NCBI GenBank assembly: GCA_963775295.1 | Contig: CAVZIK010000006.1 | Span: forward strand, 1,813,038-1,877,037 | Direction: 5' to 3' | From: an uncultured Actinomycetes bacterium | GTDB taxonomy: Bacteria; Actinomycetota; Thermoleophilia; RBG-16-64-13 | DNA length: 64,000 nucleotides | In this document: piece after piece, positions 37,664 through 45,826 of the stretch | How positions within the stretch are numbered: the stretch's first letter is position 1 | Layout: each line of letters starts with the position of its first letter | The notes under the pieces: model-generated | The model's input: the letters and a program-made list of their open reading frames with translations, nothing else | Databases searched by the model: none | What the model was told of the DNA's origin: nothing | Translations under genes and position numbers: made by a program

Positions 37664-38967
37664 AGCGCGCGATCGTGATCGGTAGCGCCGCCGGGGGAGC
37701 GATGGCCGCCCGGGAACTGGCGGCCGCGTTCGATGTCACAGTGGTCGAGGCAGGGCCCGAGTTCAAACCCTTCGGCGGCAATCTCGAGCGTCTCGCCAGG
37801 ATCCGCTCGTCGGGGCTGTTCATCGATCCGCGGATGATCCGGGCCCTGTTTCCCGTCATGCACGTGAAGATGGTCGCAGACCGCATGGCCTTGGTGTACG
37901 GCGTCGCGACGGGAGGGACTACCACTCTTGCCACCGCCAACGCGCTCCGTTGTGACGACGAACTGCAGCGCATAGGCATCGACCTGGGACCTGAGTTCGA
38001 CGCCCTTTTCTCCGAACTGCCCATTTCCACCGAGCACGAGCGGCGATGGCGGCCGGTCACCCGGGAATTGTTCTCAGCCTGCGACACGCTCGGTCTGAAG
38101 CCCGCGGTGACCCCGAAGTTGGTTGACGACTCGCGTTGCGTGCGGTGCGGCCGCTGCGTGCTGGGCTGCGGCACCGGGGCCAAATGGGACAGCCGGAATC
38201 ATCTTCGGCAGGCAGTAGCGCGGGGTGCCTCCCTGCTCACGGGTGTGAAGGCCGAACGGCTGCTGGCGGAGACGTCTACAGGAAGCACCGGTAGGGCCAC
38301 CGGGGTCCTTGTCCGTCGCAAGGGACACACCGAGGTCATTTCCGCTGATCTGGTCGTCCTCGCCGCCGGCGGCTTGGGAACTCCGGCCATCCTGGCGAGA
38401 TCGGGGCTGCCGGCCCAGGACCGCCTCTTCGTCGACCCGGTGCTCTGCGTCGCCGCGCCTGCCGAAGGCTGTCTCTCCGATCGAGAAGTGCCCATGCCCT
38501 TCTATGTCCAGGGCGACGGCTACATCATCTCGCCCTACTTCGACTACCTAAGTTTCTTCTTCGAACGGACCTGGAGGCGTCCCCGCCACGACATCGTGTC
38601 GCTCATGATCAAGTTCGCCGACTCGGAGACCGGTTCCGTGAGTGCCCGGCAGAAGCTGTCCAAGGGCTTGAGTTCGCGCGACAAGCGACGGATGGCTTCT
38701 GCTTCCGAGTCCTGCGTGGAGATCCTCACGCGTTTCGGCGCCCGCCGGGATTCCGTGTTCCTGGGAATGCTGAACGGCGGTCACCCGGGCGGCACCATGC
38801 CGCTCACGGGACTGGAACGCGATCACCTGCATGCCGACGAGCTTCCGGCAAACGTCTACGTCGCCGATGCTTCGCTCTTGCCGCGGTCTCTCGGAAAGCC
38901 GCCCAGTCTCACCATCATGGCCCTGGCCAGGCGGGTAGCCAGCGTCTGCAAGGAGCGCTTTGCCTGA
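37660..38967 (+). CDS. GMC-family FAD oxidoreductase with Fe-S-like cysteine motif
   Basis: IVIGSAAGG..VVEAG, GGTTT, CVRCGRCVLGC.TGAKW, VLAAGGLGTPAIL, HPGGT, VADASLLP...PSLTIMALA. Confidence 0.85.
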   Translation: MKRAIVIGSAAGGAMAARELAAAFDVTVVEAGPEFKPFGGNLERLARIRSSGLFIDPRMIRALFPVMHVKMVADRMALVYGVATGGTTTLATANALRCDDELQRIGIDLGPEFDALFSELPISTEHERRWRPVTRELFSACDTLGLKPAVTPKLVDDSRCVRCGRCVLGCGTGAKWDSRNHLRQAVARGASLLTGVKAERLLAETSTGSTGRATGVLVRRKGHTEVISADLVVLAAGGLGTPAILARSGLPAQDRLFVDPVLCVAAPAEGCLSDREVPMPFYVQGDGYIISPYFDYLSFFFERTWRRPRHDIVSLMIKFADSETGSVSARQKLSKGLSSRDKRRMASASESCVEILTRFGARRDSVFLGMLNGGHPGGTMPLTGLERDHLHADELPANVYVADASLLPRSLGKPPSLTIMALARRVASVCKERFA

Positions 38968-39047
38968 GGCGCGACTCCCTCCTGCGGCCGGCGGCTTCCA
39001 GCGCAACCGCTCTTCGTCGTATAGTGCTGTAGGAGATCAGCCAAGGA

Positions 39048-40196
39048 TTGGGGCAGGCGTTGAGACATCTCCGTTGGTGGCTGTCGGGTTTCGGCATCCT
39101 TGTGGCCGCGGCGGCAGTCGCGGCCGTGGTGGTTTTGGTGGTTCCGCATTTTGGCGGCAATGGCGGTCCGCGGGTGGTGGGCCTTCTCGGCTCGCCCAAC
39201 AACTGGGCCGAAGTGCGCGCGCCCAAGGGATCCACTCCCCCTCCGCGGGACAACGCCTGCATGGTCTACGATCCGGCGATAGACCGCGTGCTTCTCTTCG
39301 GTGGCAACAGCCCGCTGGGGAACGACACCTGGTCCTACGACCTCGACTCGAACACCTGGACCAACATGCAGCCTGCCGGACCCGCGCCTATGGCTCGCTA
39401 CGGTCCCGCTCAAGCCGTCCTGGCCGTCCCTGGATCGTATCTGAACGGCCGAGTGGTCATGTTTGGGGGCTACAACAGGGAGAAAAGCCTCTCCTTGAAC
39501 GACACCTGGATGTACGACCCAACGGAGAACAGGTGGCAAATCGTCATCGCGAGCGACGAGAATTCACACGCGCTTCCCACTCCGCGCCTGGGGGCGAGCA
39601 TGGAATACGATCCGGCATCGGGCCTGGTCTTCATGTTCGGAGGATGGAACGCCGCGAAGTACAAGCTCTTCAACGATCTCTGGGCCTACGACCCGGTTAA
39701 GAACACCTGGACCCAGCTCGAGCCCGACGGCCCGCTGCCGCCTGTGCGCGACGGCTCGGGCTTCGTCCGGGACCCCAAGACCGGAAAGATCGTTCTCTTT
39801 GCGGGGGTGGGCTTCGATTCCGCCCGCAATTTGGTCGAGTTGGGCGACACATGGACGTATGATCCTATGAGCAATGCGTGGACGGAACTCTCGCCGGCGA
39901 CCGCTCCGAGCCCTCGCGACGGCATGTTCATGGTCTCCGACCCGGGTCATGGACTCATGCTCCTCTTCGGCGGCGGCGAGGAGGGCGACAACGTCAAGAA
40001 CGACACCTGGGCCTACGACCCGGCGGCGAACACCTGGAGAAACCTCAACCCTACCGGCTTGCTGCCGTCGGCCCGTATGAACTACAACATGGTCTTCGAC
40101 AGCAAGCGCGGTCGCGTGGTCCTATTCGCCGGCGCCTACGACCACTGGAACGTGCTCCTGGGCGATACCTGGATCTACACTCCTCCGGGAGTCTAA
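39048..40196 (+). CDS. Membrane-anchored Kelch-repeat beta-propeller protein
   Basis: N-terminal TM; about six repeats of (YD)..LFGG..NDTWxYD..N.W; start approximate. Confidence 0.88.
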   Translation: MGQALRHLRWWLSGFGILVAAAAVAAVVVLVVPHFGGNGGPRVVGLLGSPNNWAEVRAPKGSTPPPRDNACMVYDPAIDRVLLFGGNSPLGNDTWSYDLDSNTWTNMQPAGPAPMARYGPAQAVLAVPGSYLNGRVVMFGGYNREKSLSLNDTWMYDPTENRWQIVIASDENSHALPTPRLGASMEYDPASGLVFMFGGWNAAKYKLFNDLWAYDPVKNTWTQLEPDGPLPPVRDGSGFVRDPKTGKIVLFAGVGFDSARNLVELGDTWTYDPMSNAWTELSPATAPSPRDGMFMVSDPGHGLMLLFGGGEEGDNVKNDTWAYDPAANTWRNLNPTGLLPSARMNYNMVFDSKRGRVVLFAGAYDHWNVLLGDTWIYTPPGV

Positions 40197-40969
40197 ATCG
40201 ACCTCCGGTAGACGCGGAACGCCCGTGCCGCCAGCCAGGCGCAGACTAGAAGGAAGGCAAGCAACGCCAACATCCGCGGCCAGATGATGTTCCAGTCCGG
40301 GGTGGCCAGCAGCGCCTCCCGGCCCGAGACCACCGCCCAGTCCACCGGGTTGTAGCGGGCGATGGCCTGCATCCAACCGGGCATGAGGTTCGGTGCCATG
40401 AACACCGAGGACAAGAAGGTCAACGGCAGGAGCACGAAGTTCGAGGCCGCGATCATGGTCTCCTCGCGTCGCGATAGCACGGCGATGGAGTTTGAGAGTC
40501 CGCCTATGCCTGTGCCGAGCATGACCGACCCGACCACCAGCACCAGGATCCCCACGAATCCGCCGGGGAATTTCGCGCCGATGATCAGCGCCAATACCAG
40601 GATGATCGCCGACTGCACCACCGCGACGAGCGCGCCCTGGATAAGCCGGCCCCATATCAACGCGCCCGGTCGGACGGGGGAGACCAGGAAGCGGTCGATG
40701 ATGCCGTGGTTGATGTCGTCGATGAGACCCATGCCGCTCCAACCGGCCGAGAACAGGGCGGTCATCACCACGATGCCGGGGGTGAGGAAGTCGACGTAGG
40801 AGCCGGTGCCGAATCCCGGCAGCTCCACGATCCTGCGGAAAAGCGCCCCGTAGAGCAGCAGCCACACGATCGGCTGGACGAGGCTGATGAGGATCCATGC
40901 CGGCTGGCGGAAAAGGTTCATGAGATGCCGTTTGGTCATGAACCAGGAGTGGGCGAGGGTGGCGGTCAT
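40193..40969 (-). CDS. ABC-2 type (DrrB-like) permease
   Basis: ISLVQPIVWLLLYG, YVDFLTPG, GIIDRFLVSP, FLSSVF, NPVDWAV. Confidence 0.9.
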   Translation of the reverse strand: MTATLAHSWFMTKRHLMNLFRQPAWILISLVQPIVWLLLYGALFRRIVELPGFGTGSYVDFLTPGIVVMTALFSAGWSGMGLIDDINHGIIDRFLVSPVRPGALIWGRLIQGALVAVVQSAIILVLALIIGAKFPGGFVGILVLVVGSVMLGTGIGGLSNSIAVLSRREETMIAASNFVLLPLTFLSSVFMAPNLMPGWMQAIARYNPVDWAVVSGREALLATPDWNIIWPRMLALLAFLLVCAWLAARAFRVYRRSI

Positions 40970-41934
40970 TTCTTCACCTCCGAGTCGGCCTGGGCAAACG
41001 CCCGACCGGCGTGGCGTAGATACACGTCGTCAAGGGAGGGCCGGGACACGGTGACCGACTGGACAATCATGCCCTCCGCCTCCAGTTCGGCGATGGCCAG
41101 GGGCAGAGCGCGCGCACCCACGTCGGCCCGGGCGCGTACGGTCCGCTCCTCCACGCCGACCTCGCTCACTCCCGCCACCCGAGCCAGCACTTCGCGCACT
41201 CGCTCCAGCCGCCCCGGCGCTTCCAGTTGCATGACGATGGCATCTCCCTGCAGCTCGCTCTTGAGCTCGTCCGGAGTGCCCTCGGCCACCACTTTTCCCT
41301 TGTCCACGATGGCCAAGCGCTGGGCGAGTCTGTCCGCCTCCTCCAGGTAGTGCGTGGTCAGGAGGATGGTGAGGCCTTCGTCGCCGGCCAGATGGGCCAT
41401 CTCGGTCCACATGTCCACCCGGGCCTCGGGGTCGAGGCCGGTGGTGGGCTCGTCGAGGAAAAGTACTTGGGGACGGTGCATGAGCCCCACGGCCACGTCC
41501 AGCTTGCGCTTCATGCCGCCGGAGTAGGTCCGCACCACCCGCTTGCCCGCTTCGGCGATGCCCAGCCGCTCCAGCAGTTCGTCTGCGCGGCTGTTGAGCG
41601 TACCGCCTGACATGCCGTAGACCCGGCCCTGCAGGATGAGGTTCTCGCGCCCGGTGGCGTTGACGTCCAGCCCGGAATTCTGGGCCACGACCCCGATCAT
41701 TTTTCGCACCTTCGCCGGTTCGCGCAGCACGCTGAGTCCGCCGACCCACGCCTCCCCGGAGTCGGGGTGGGACAGCGTGGTGAGTATCTTCACCGCGGTC
41801 GACTTGCCCGCTCCGTTCGGTCCCAGCAACCCGAACACCGTCCCCGGCGCGGCCACCAGGCTGACGCCGTCCAAGGCCCGTATGCCTCCCCGGTAGGTCT
41901 TGACCAGATCCCGGGCTTCTATCGCATTGTCCAT
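40966..41934 (-). CDS. ABC transporter ATP-binding protein (DrrA-like)
   Basis: GPNGAGKST, YSGGMKRKLD, LDEPTTGLD, TTHYLEEAD. Confidence 0.93.
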   Translation of the reverse strand: MDNAIEARDLVKTYRGGIRALDGVSLVAAPGTVFGLLGPNGAGKSTAVKILTTLSHPDSGEAWVGGLSVLREPAKVRKMIGVVAQNSGLDVNATGRENLILQGRVYGMSGGTLNSRADELLERLGIAEAGKRVVRTYSGGMKRKLDVAVGLMHRPQVLFLDEPTTGLDPEARVDMWTEMAHLAGDEGLTILLTTHYLEEADRLAQRLAIVDKGKVVAEGTPDELKSELQGDAIVMQLEAPGRLERVREVLARVAGVSEVGVEERTVRARADVGARALPLAIAELEAEGMIVQSVTVSRPSLDDVYLRHAGRAFAQADSEVKK

Positions 41935-42066
41935 ATGGGGTTTCCCTTCGTGATCTCGAATCCTGAGCAATAGTTTAGGCAGAGTCTCTTTCGATTGTCA
42001 AACAGTTGCATGATTAAAAAGTATCTGTTATAAAAAGGATGATCACGTTCAAGAAGGGAGGTGCCC

Positions 42067-43188
42067 ATGGCACCGGGTAACGACACGCGAACTGAACTCA
42101 TCGAGGAAGTGGGCCTGGAATTCACCGAACTGCGCCAGGCGGCCGACAGGCTGGACGAGGCGGTGGCGGCTCTGTACGGACTCAACCGCACCGACCTGCG
42201 CTGCCTGGGCATCCTGTATCGACGGGGGAGAGTGACCGCGGGCGAACTGGCCGAAGAGAGCGGACTCACTCCTGGAGCCATCACTACCGCGCTCGACCGG
42301 CTGGAGAAGAGCGGCTATGCCAACCGAGTGGCCGATCCGGAAGACCGGCGCCGCGTGCTGGTGCTCTCGACAGTCGCCGCGCGCGAGGTCGGCGCGCGCC
42401 TCTACGGCGAGGTGGAGGTGGCCGGTCACCGTCTACTCGAGCCGCGAAGCGCGGACGAACTCACGGCCATTCGAGACTACCTGCGGGGGACCCGCCAGGT
42501 CTACGAGTCTCAAACGGGGCAGATCGCCGTCACCCTTTCGGGCGGAGAAGCTGTGTCGGCCGAGGGCGGCGCTGGAGAGAACCTGGAATTCTCGGCTCCT
42601 CTCGCGAAGGTTGACCGCGCCAGCTTCTATTTCGTCAAAGGGATCTCCCGGCTTTCCCTCCGTGGTGACCCCACGCTCAAGGACCTCTACCGCGGCCGGT
42701 TTGACGGTCAGGCCCCCGAGGTGAGCGTGCGGGGAAACACCGTGGCCATGCAGTACAAGCGCCGGTTCAGTCCGTTCACCTGGGGCGCCCAATCGTCCGA
42801 CGTCACCCTGAACGCGAACATCCCCTGGTCGATAACGCTGAAGGGTGGCCTGTCCAGCCTCAGCGCCGACCTGCGCACCCTGCGGATCGAATCGCTCGAA
42901 ATCAGCGGCGGGGCGAGCGAGGTAGAGGTCTGGTTGCCTGCGGCCCAAGGGAAGGTGCCGGTACGTCTGTCCGGCGGCGCGAGCAACGTGACGCTGCACC
43001 GCCCCGCGGGCGTGGCCATGCGCGCGGACATGAACGGCGGAGCCAGCCAGCTCATCTTCGACGGCCAACGCGCGAGCGCGCTGGGGAGTAGGACTCACTT
43101 TGAGACTCCCGGCATCAATGAGGCCGCCGATCGGTACGAGGTGTCGTTTTCCGGGGGGGCCAGTCAGATCACGATTGATGTGGTGTAG
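42067..43188 (+). CDS. MarR family regulator fused to a C-terminal DUF4097/adhesin-like beta-repeat domain
   Basis: GLNRTDLRCL...TAGELAEESGLTPGAITTALDRLEKSGYANR..DPEDRRRV; C-terminal GG(A/L)S.... repeats. Confidence 0.8.
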   Translation: MAPGNDTRTELIEEVGLEFTELRQAADRLDEAVAALYGLNRTDLRCLGILYRRGRVTAGELAEESGLTPGAITTALDRLEKSGYANRVADPEDRRRVLVLSTVAAREVGARLYGEVEVAGHRLLEPRSADELTAIRDYLRGTRQVYESQTGQIAVTLSGGEAVSAEGGAGENLEFSAPLAKVDRASFYFVKGISRLSLRGDPTLKDLYRGRFDGQAPEVSVRGNTVAMQYKRRFSPFTWGAQSSDVTLNANIPWSITLKGGLSSLSADLRTLRIESLEISGGASEVEVWLPAAQGKVPVRLSGGASNVTLHRPAGVAMRADMNGGASQLIFDGQRASALGSRTHFETPGINEAADRYEVSFSGGASQITIDVV

Positions 43189-43319
43189 GGAGGGCGCGAA
43201 GACCCGGAAGCTTTCCGCCAAGCAACAAATAGTTGTATTGTGGCCTCGCGCCATGTAATGACCAGACGCATCCCGGACATTCCAGGGATGTAGGAGTCGT
43301 CGCAATGCGAGGGGGAAGC

Positions 43320-43646
43320 ATGACGGACTACGATCCCATGGCGCCGAGCCCAATCTCCAGCCGGCGTTGGAGTCCTTATAGCTCTGTCGGTCGTGGCCTG
43401 GTCGCCGCGGTAGCCCTCATCGCTGCATCGCGCTCGGCTGGTTATGCCATCGTGGGTGTCGCCATTCTTCTCGCCATGTGGGCTCGAGTGGGTCAGGCTG
43501 GCTTTCAGCACAAGCAGACCACGGTCGAACTGTGGAAACTAAGATCGGGGAGGGAAGTGCCCAAGATCCAATCGGAAGGCGTCGGGACGCGCAGATTCGA
43601 CCCGCCAATAGACATGGAAGGAAACCCGGAGAAGTTCTCATGGTGA
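43320..43646 (+). CDS. Hypothetical small membrane protein
   Basis: ATG after GGGGGA, two hydrophobic stretches, stop overlaps next start; no recognised family. Confidence 0.35.
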   Translation: MTDYDPMAPSPISSRRWSPYSSVGRGLVAAVALIAASRSAGYAIVGVAILLAMWARVGQAGFQHKQTTVELWKLRSGREVPKIQSEGVGTRRFDPPIDMEGNPEKFSW

Positions 43647-44224
43647 ACAGGGGTGGCTTCTCCTGGAAGAGGGCGGTGGGTATCACTCGGGCGAAGCAGC
43701 GGGTCTCAAGGGCCACTGGTATTCCGTGGACTAAGTCGGGTCGACAGCGCAAGGTCGGGAAGTTACTGACTGGCGGCTGCGTGGTTCTTCCCGGGATCGT
43801 TCTTCTGCTCTGCGCTCTTGTGTTCGGGATATTCTTCCTGGTTGGCTGTGGGGGGCCATCCGAGTCTCTTGATCTGATCGTTACCACATCATCGGCCCCC
43901 GCCACTTCTGAGGCGCCCCCCAACTCCGTGACAACCACTGAGGCACCTTCGACGACCACGATTGTTGAGGTCAGCACAACGGTTGGCGCGATCGCAACCA
44001 CGACGACGACGGAACCGGCGACGACAACCACTGCGAAGCTGACAACGACCTCGCTCGCGGCGGTTGCCGCAGATGACGACCCGACGGTCTATATCACCAA
44101 GACCGGCGAGAAGTATCACCGCGCGACCTGCCGCTACCTGAAGGAGAGCAAGATCCCCATTAGCCTGAGCGAAGCGAAGAATCAAGGATACGAACCGTGC
44201 AAGGTCTGCAAACCGCCGAACTGA
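43640..44224 (+). CDS. Membrane/lipoprotein with basic N-terminus, Thr-rich linker and C-terminal Cys/His metal-binding (Ada-like) module
   Basis: GGFSWKRAVGIT...KSGRQRKVG; FFLVGC; TTT-rich tract; VYITKTGEKYHRATC...GYEPCKVCKPP. Confidence 0.7.
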   Translation: MVNRGGFSWKRAVGITRAKQRVSRATGIPWTKSGRQRKVGKLLTGGCVVLPGIVLLLCALVFGIFFLVGCGGPSESLDLIVTTSSAPATSEAPPNSVTTTEAPSTTTIVEVSTTVGAIATTTTTEPATTTTAKLTTTSLAAVAADDDPTVYITKTGEKYHRATCRYLKESKIPISLSEAKNQGYEPCKVCKPPN

Positions 44225-44690
44225 CGAATGGCTAAGCTGCGATGAGGAGCGTCCGGCACAAGAGTGGGCGGAGTGAGGCTTTTGCGGCGTCTGTGGCAAT
44301 GTGGAGCCTGTCGAACCTGAATCGCCGAAGGAGGAACTATCCGTGGCAAGTGGACAGAAAAAGCAGGTGGCGCCAAGCCATAAGGGACATCAAGAACTAC
44401 GGACTTCCGACGGACAGCTCGAGTGCCGATAGTTGAGTGCGCCACTCCCGTCTTTGTGGGTGGCCAGCTACCGAGCCGGACTTGGCAAGGTCGGTCGACG
44501 CGTAACGATACCAAGGCCACGGGTCCCCAGGGCGAAGCGCAGATTGCAAGTGTTCATCCCCATCCGGCTGCCCGTGAAGAAGAAGCAAAGAAGAGGCCAC
44601 AATCTATTCGGCTAACGCGAGAACTCCCGATTCTCTCGCCGCTTTCGGACCTCTTCAGTCGGCTTAGGGCCGTCGGGCCAGGGTCCTCCC

Positions 44691-45359
44691 CTAAACCCTA
44701 TGCTCCTCCCGCACCACCTTACGCGCCCCGGCATGCCAGGAACAGCTCCAGTCCTTGGCCGGGAGGATCTCGTCGAGCCGGTCCAGCTGGCCGATATTCT
44801 CAAGGCGCTTATAGATCAACTGCCAGGCACAGGGACGATCCGGGTCCACTTCGCAGTGATCTTCGGTCGAGCCGCCGCAGGGGCCGTTCAGTAGGCGCTT
44901 GGCGCAGCGGGTCACCGGGCAGATGCCGCCGAACTGGGCCAGCATGCAGTCGCCGCAGCCCAGGCATTTCTCGGTCCAGACGGCCTGCTCCTCCAGGGTC
45001 CCCATGAATTGGGTATTCAGTCCGGCGTAGACCGGTTTGTTGGGGAACCTCTCGGCGATGGCTTGCACGCCCACGCCGCAGCCGAACGACACGATTGCGT
45101 CGACGTCGGCCGCCTCTTCCGCCAGGTCCTTGATGAACTCGTTCTCGCATTGGCGTTCGATGGTGACCTGGGTCAGCTCCAGGGATTCGCCCTCGAGCTT
45201 GCGGGCCATGCGGATGGCGTAGGAAGCAATGCCCACCTCGCGCTCGCCGCCGGCCAGGCAGACGGTGACACAGGTGCCGCAGCCCACAAAAAGGACCTTC
45301 TTGTGGCCTGTAATGAGGCTCTTCAGCTCGGTGATCGATTTAGGGGAAGCGACAATCAT
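44691..45359 (-). CDS. metV: Methylene-THF reductase Fe-S/Zn partner subunit MetV
   Basis: GCGTCVTVC..GGERE, QCE.EF, GCGVGVQ, CLGCGDC, CPVTRCAKRLLNGPCGG...CE...CAW. Confidence 0.9.
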   Translation of the reverse strand: MIVASPKSITELKSLITGHKKVLFVGCGTCVTVCLAGGEREVGIASYAIRMARKLEGESLELTQVTIERQCENEFIKDLAEEAADVDAIVSFGCGVGVQAIAERFPNKPVYAGLNTQFMGTLEEQAVWTEKCLGCGDCMLAQFGGICPVTRCAKRLLNGPCGGSTEDHCEVDPDRPCAWQLIYKRLENIGQLDRLDEILPAKDWSCSWHAGARKVVREEHRV

Positions 45360-45361
45360 TG

Positions 45362-45826
45362 CTATCCTTCACTTTCCAATTGCTGGGACTCATCGGAGCC
45401 CGCCGCCCTGAGCGGGCTCGGTCCCAGGGCCCTGACCGTCTCCACCATCTCCTGCACGGATTTCACGAACGTGGGGGCTTCTGCGGCGGACAGATTCACC
45501 ATCTTGAGCCGATCTTCGCCCACGCCGATCTCGGCCAGCATCTCGCGGATGCGGTTCGTGCGCTTGCGCGCGCGCAGGTTGCCTTCCAGGAAGTGACAGC
45601 CGCCTTCCAGGCAGCCCGCCACCAAAATCCCGTCGATACCCTTTGTGAAGGCATCGAGGATGTGCTCCATCTCGATCTTGCCCGTGCACGGCGCATGGAT
45701 CACGCGCACGTTGACCGGGTATTGCATGCGTTTCGATCCCGCCAGATCGGCTGCGGCGTACGCGCAATAGTTGCACGCGAAGACGATGATCTCCGGCTCC
45801 CAGCCGTTTCCGTTGGAGGCCGTCAT
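45362..45826 (-). CDS. mvhD: MvhD/FlpD [2Fe-2S] subunit
   Basis: FACNYCAYAAADLAG, PCTGK, GCLEGGCHFLEGN. Confidence 0.93.
   Translation of the reverse strand: MTASNGNGWEPEIIVFACNYCAYAAADLAGSKRMQYPVNVRVIHAPCTGKIEMEHILDAFTKGIDGILVAGCLEGGCHFLEGNLRARKRTNRIREMLAEIGVGEDRLKMVNLSAAEAPTFVKSVQEMVETVRALGPSPLRAAGSDESQQLESEG

Noticed and set aside
43880-44060. ACG/ACC-rich tandem-like repeats
   Set aside because: Explained by the Thr-rich protein linker; not an independent DNA repeat
44242-44615. Short ORFs 44242..44436 and 44433..44615 as a toxin-antitoxin pair
   Set aside because: No recognisable TA motifs and weak RBS; left unannotated
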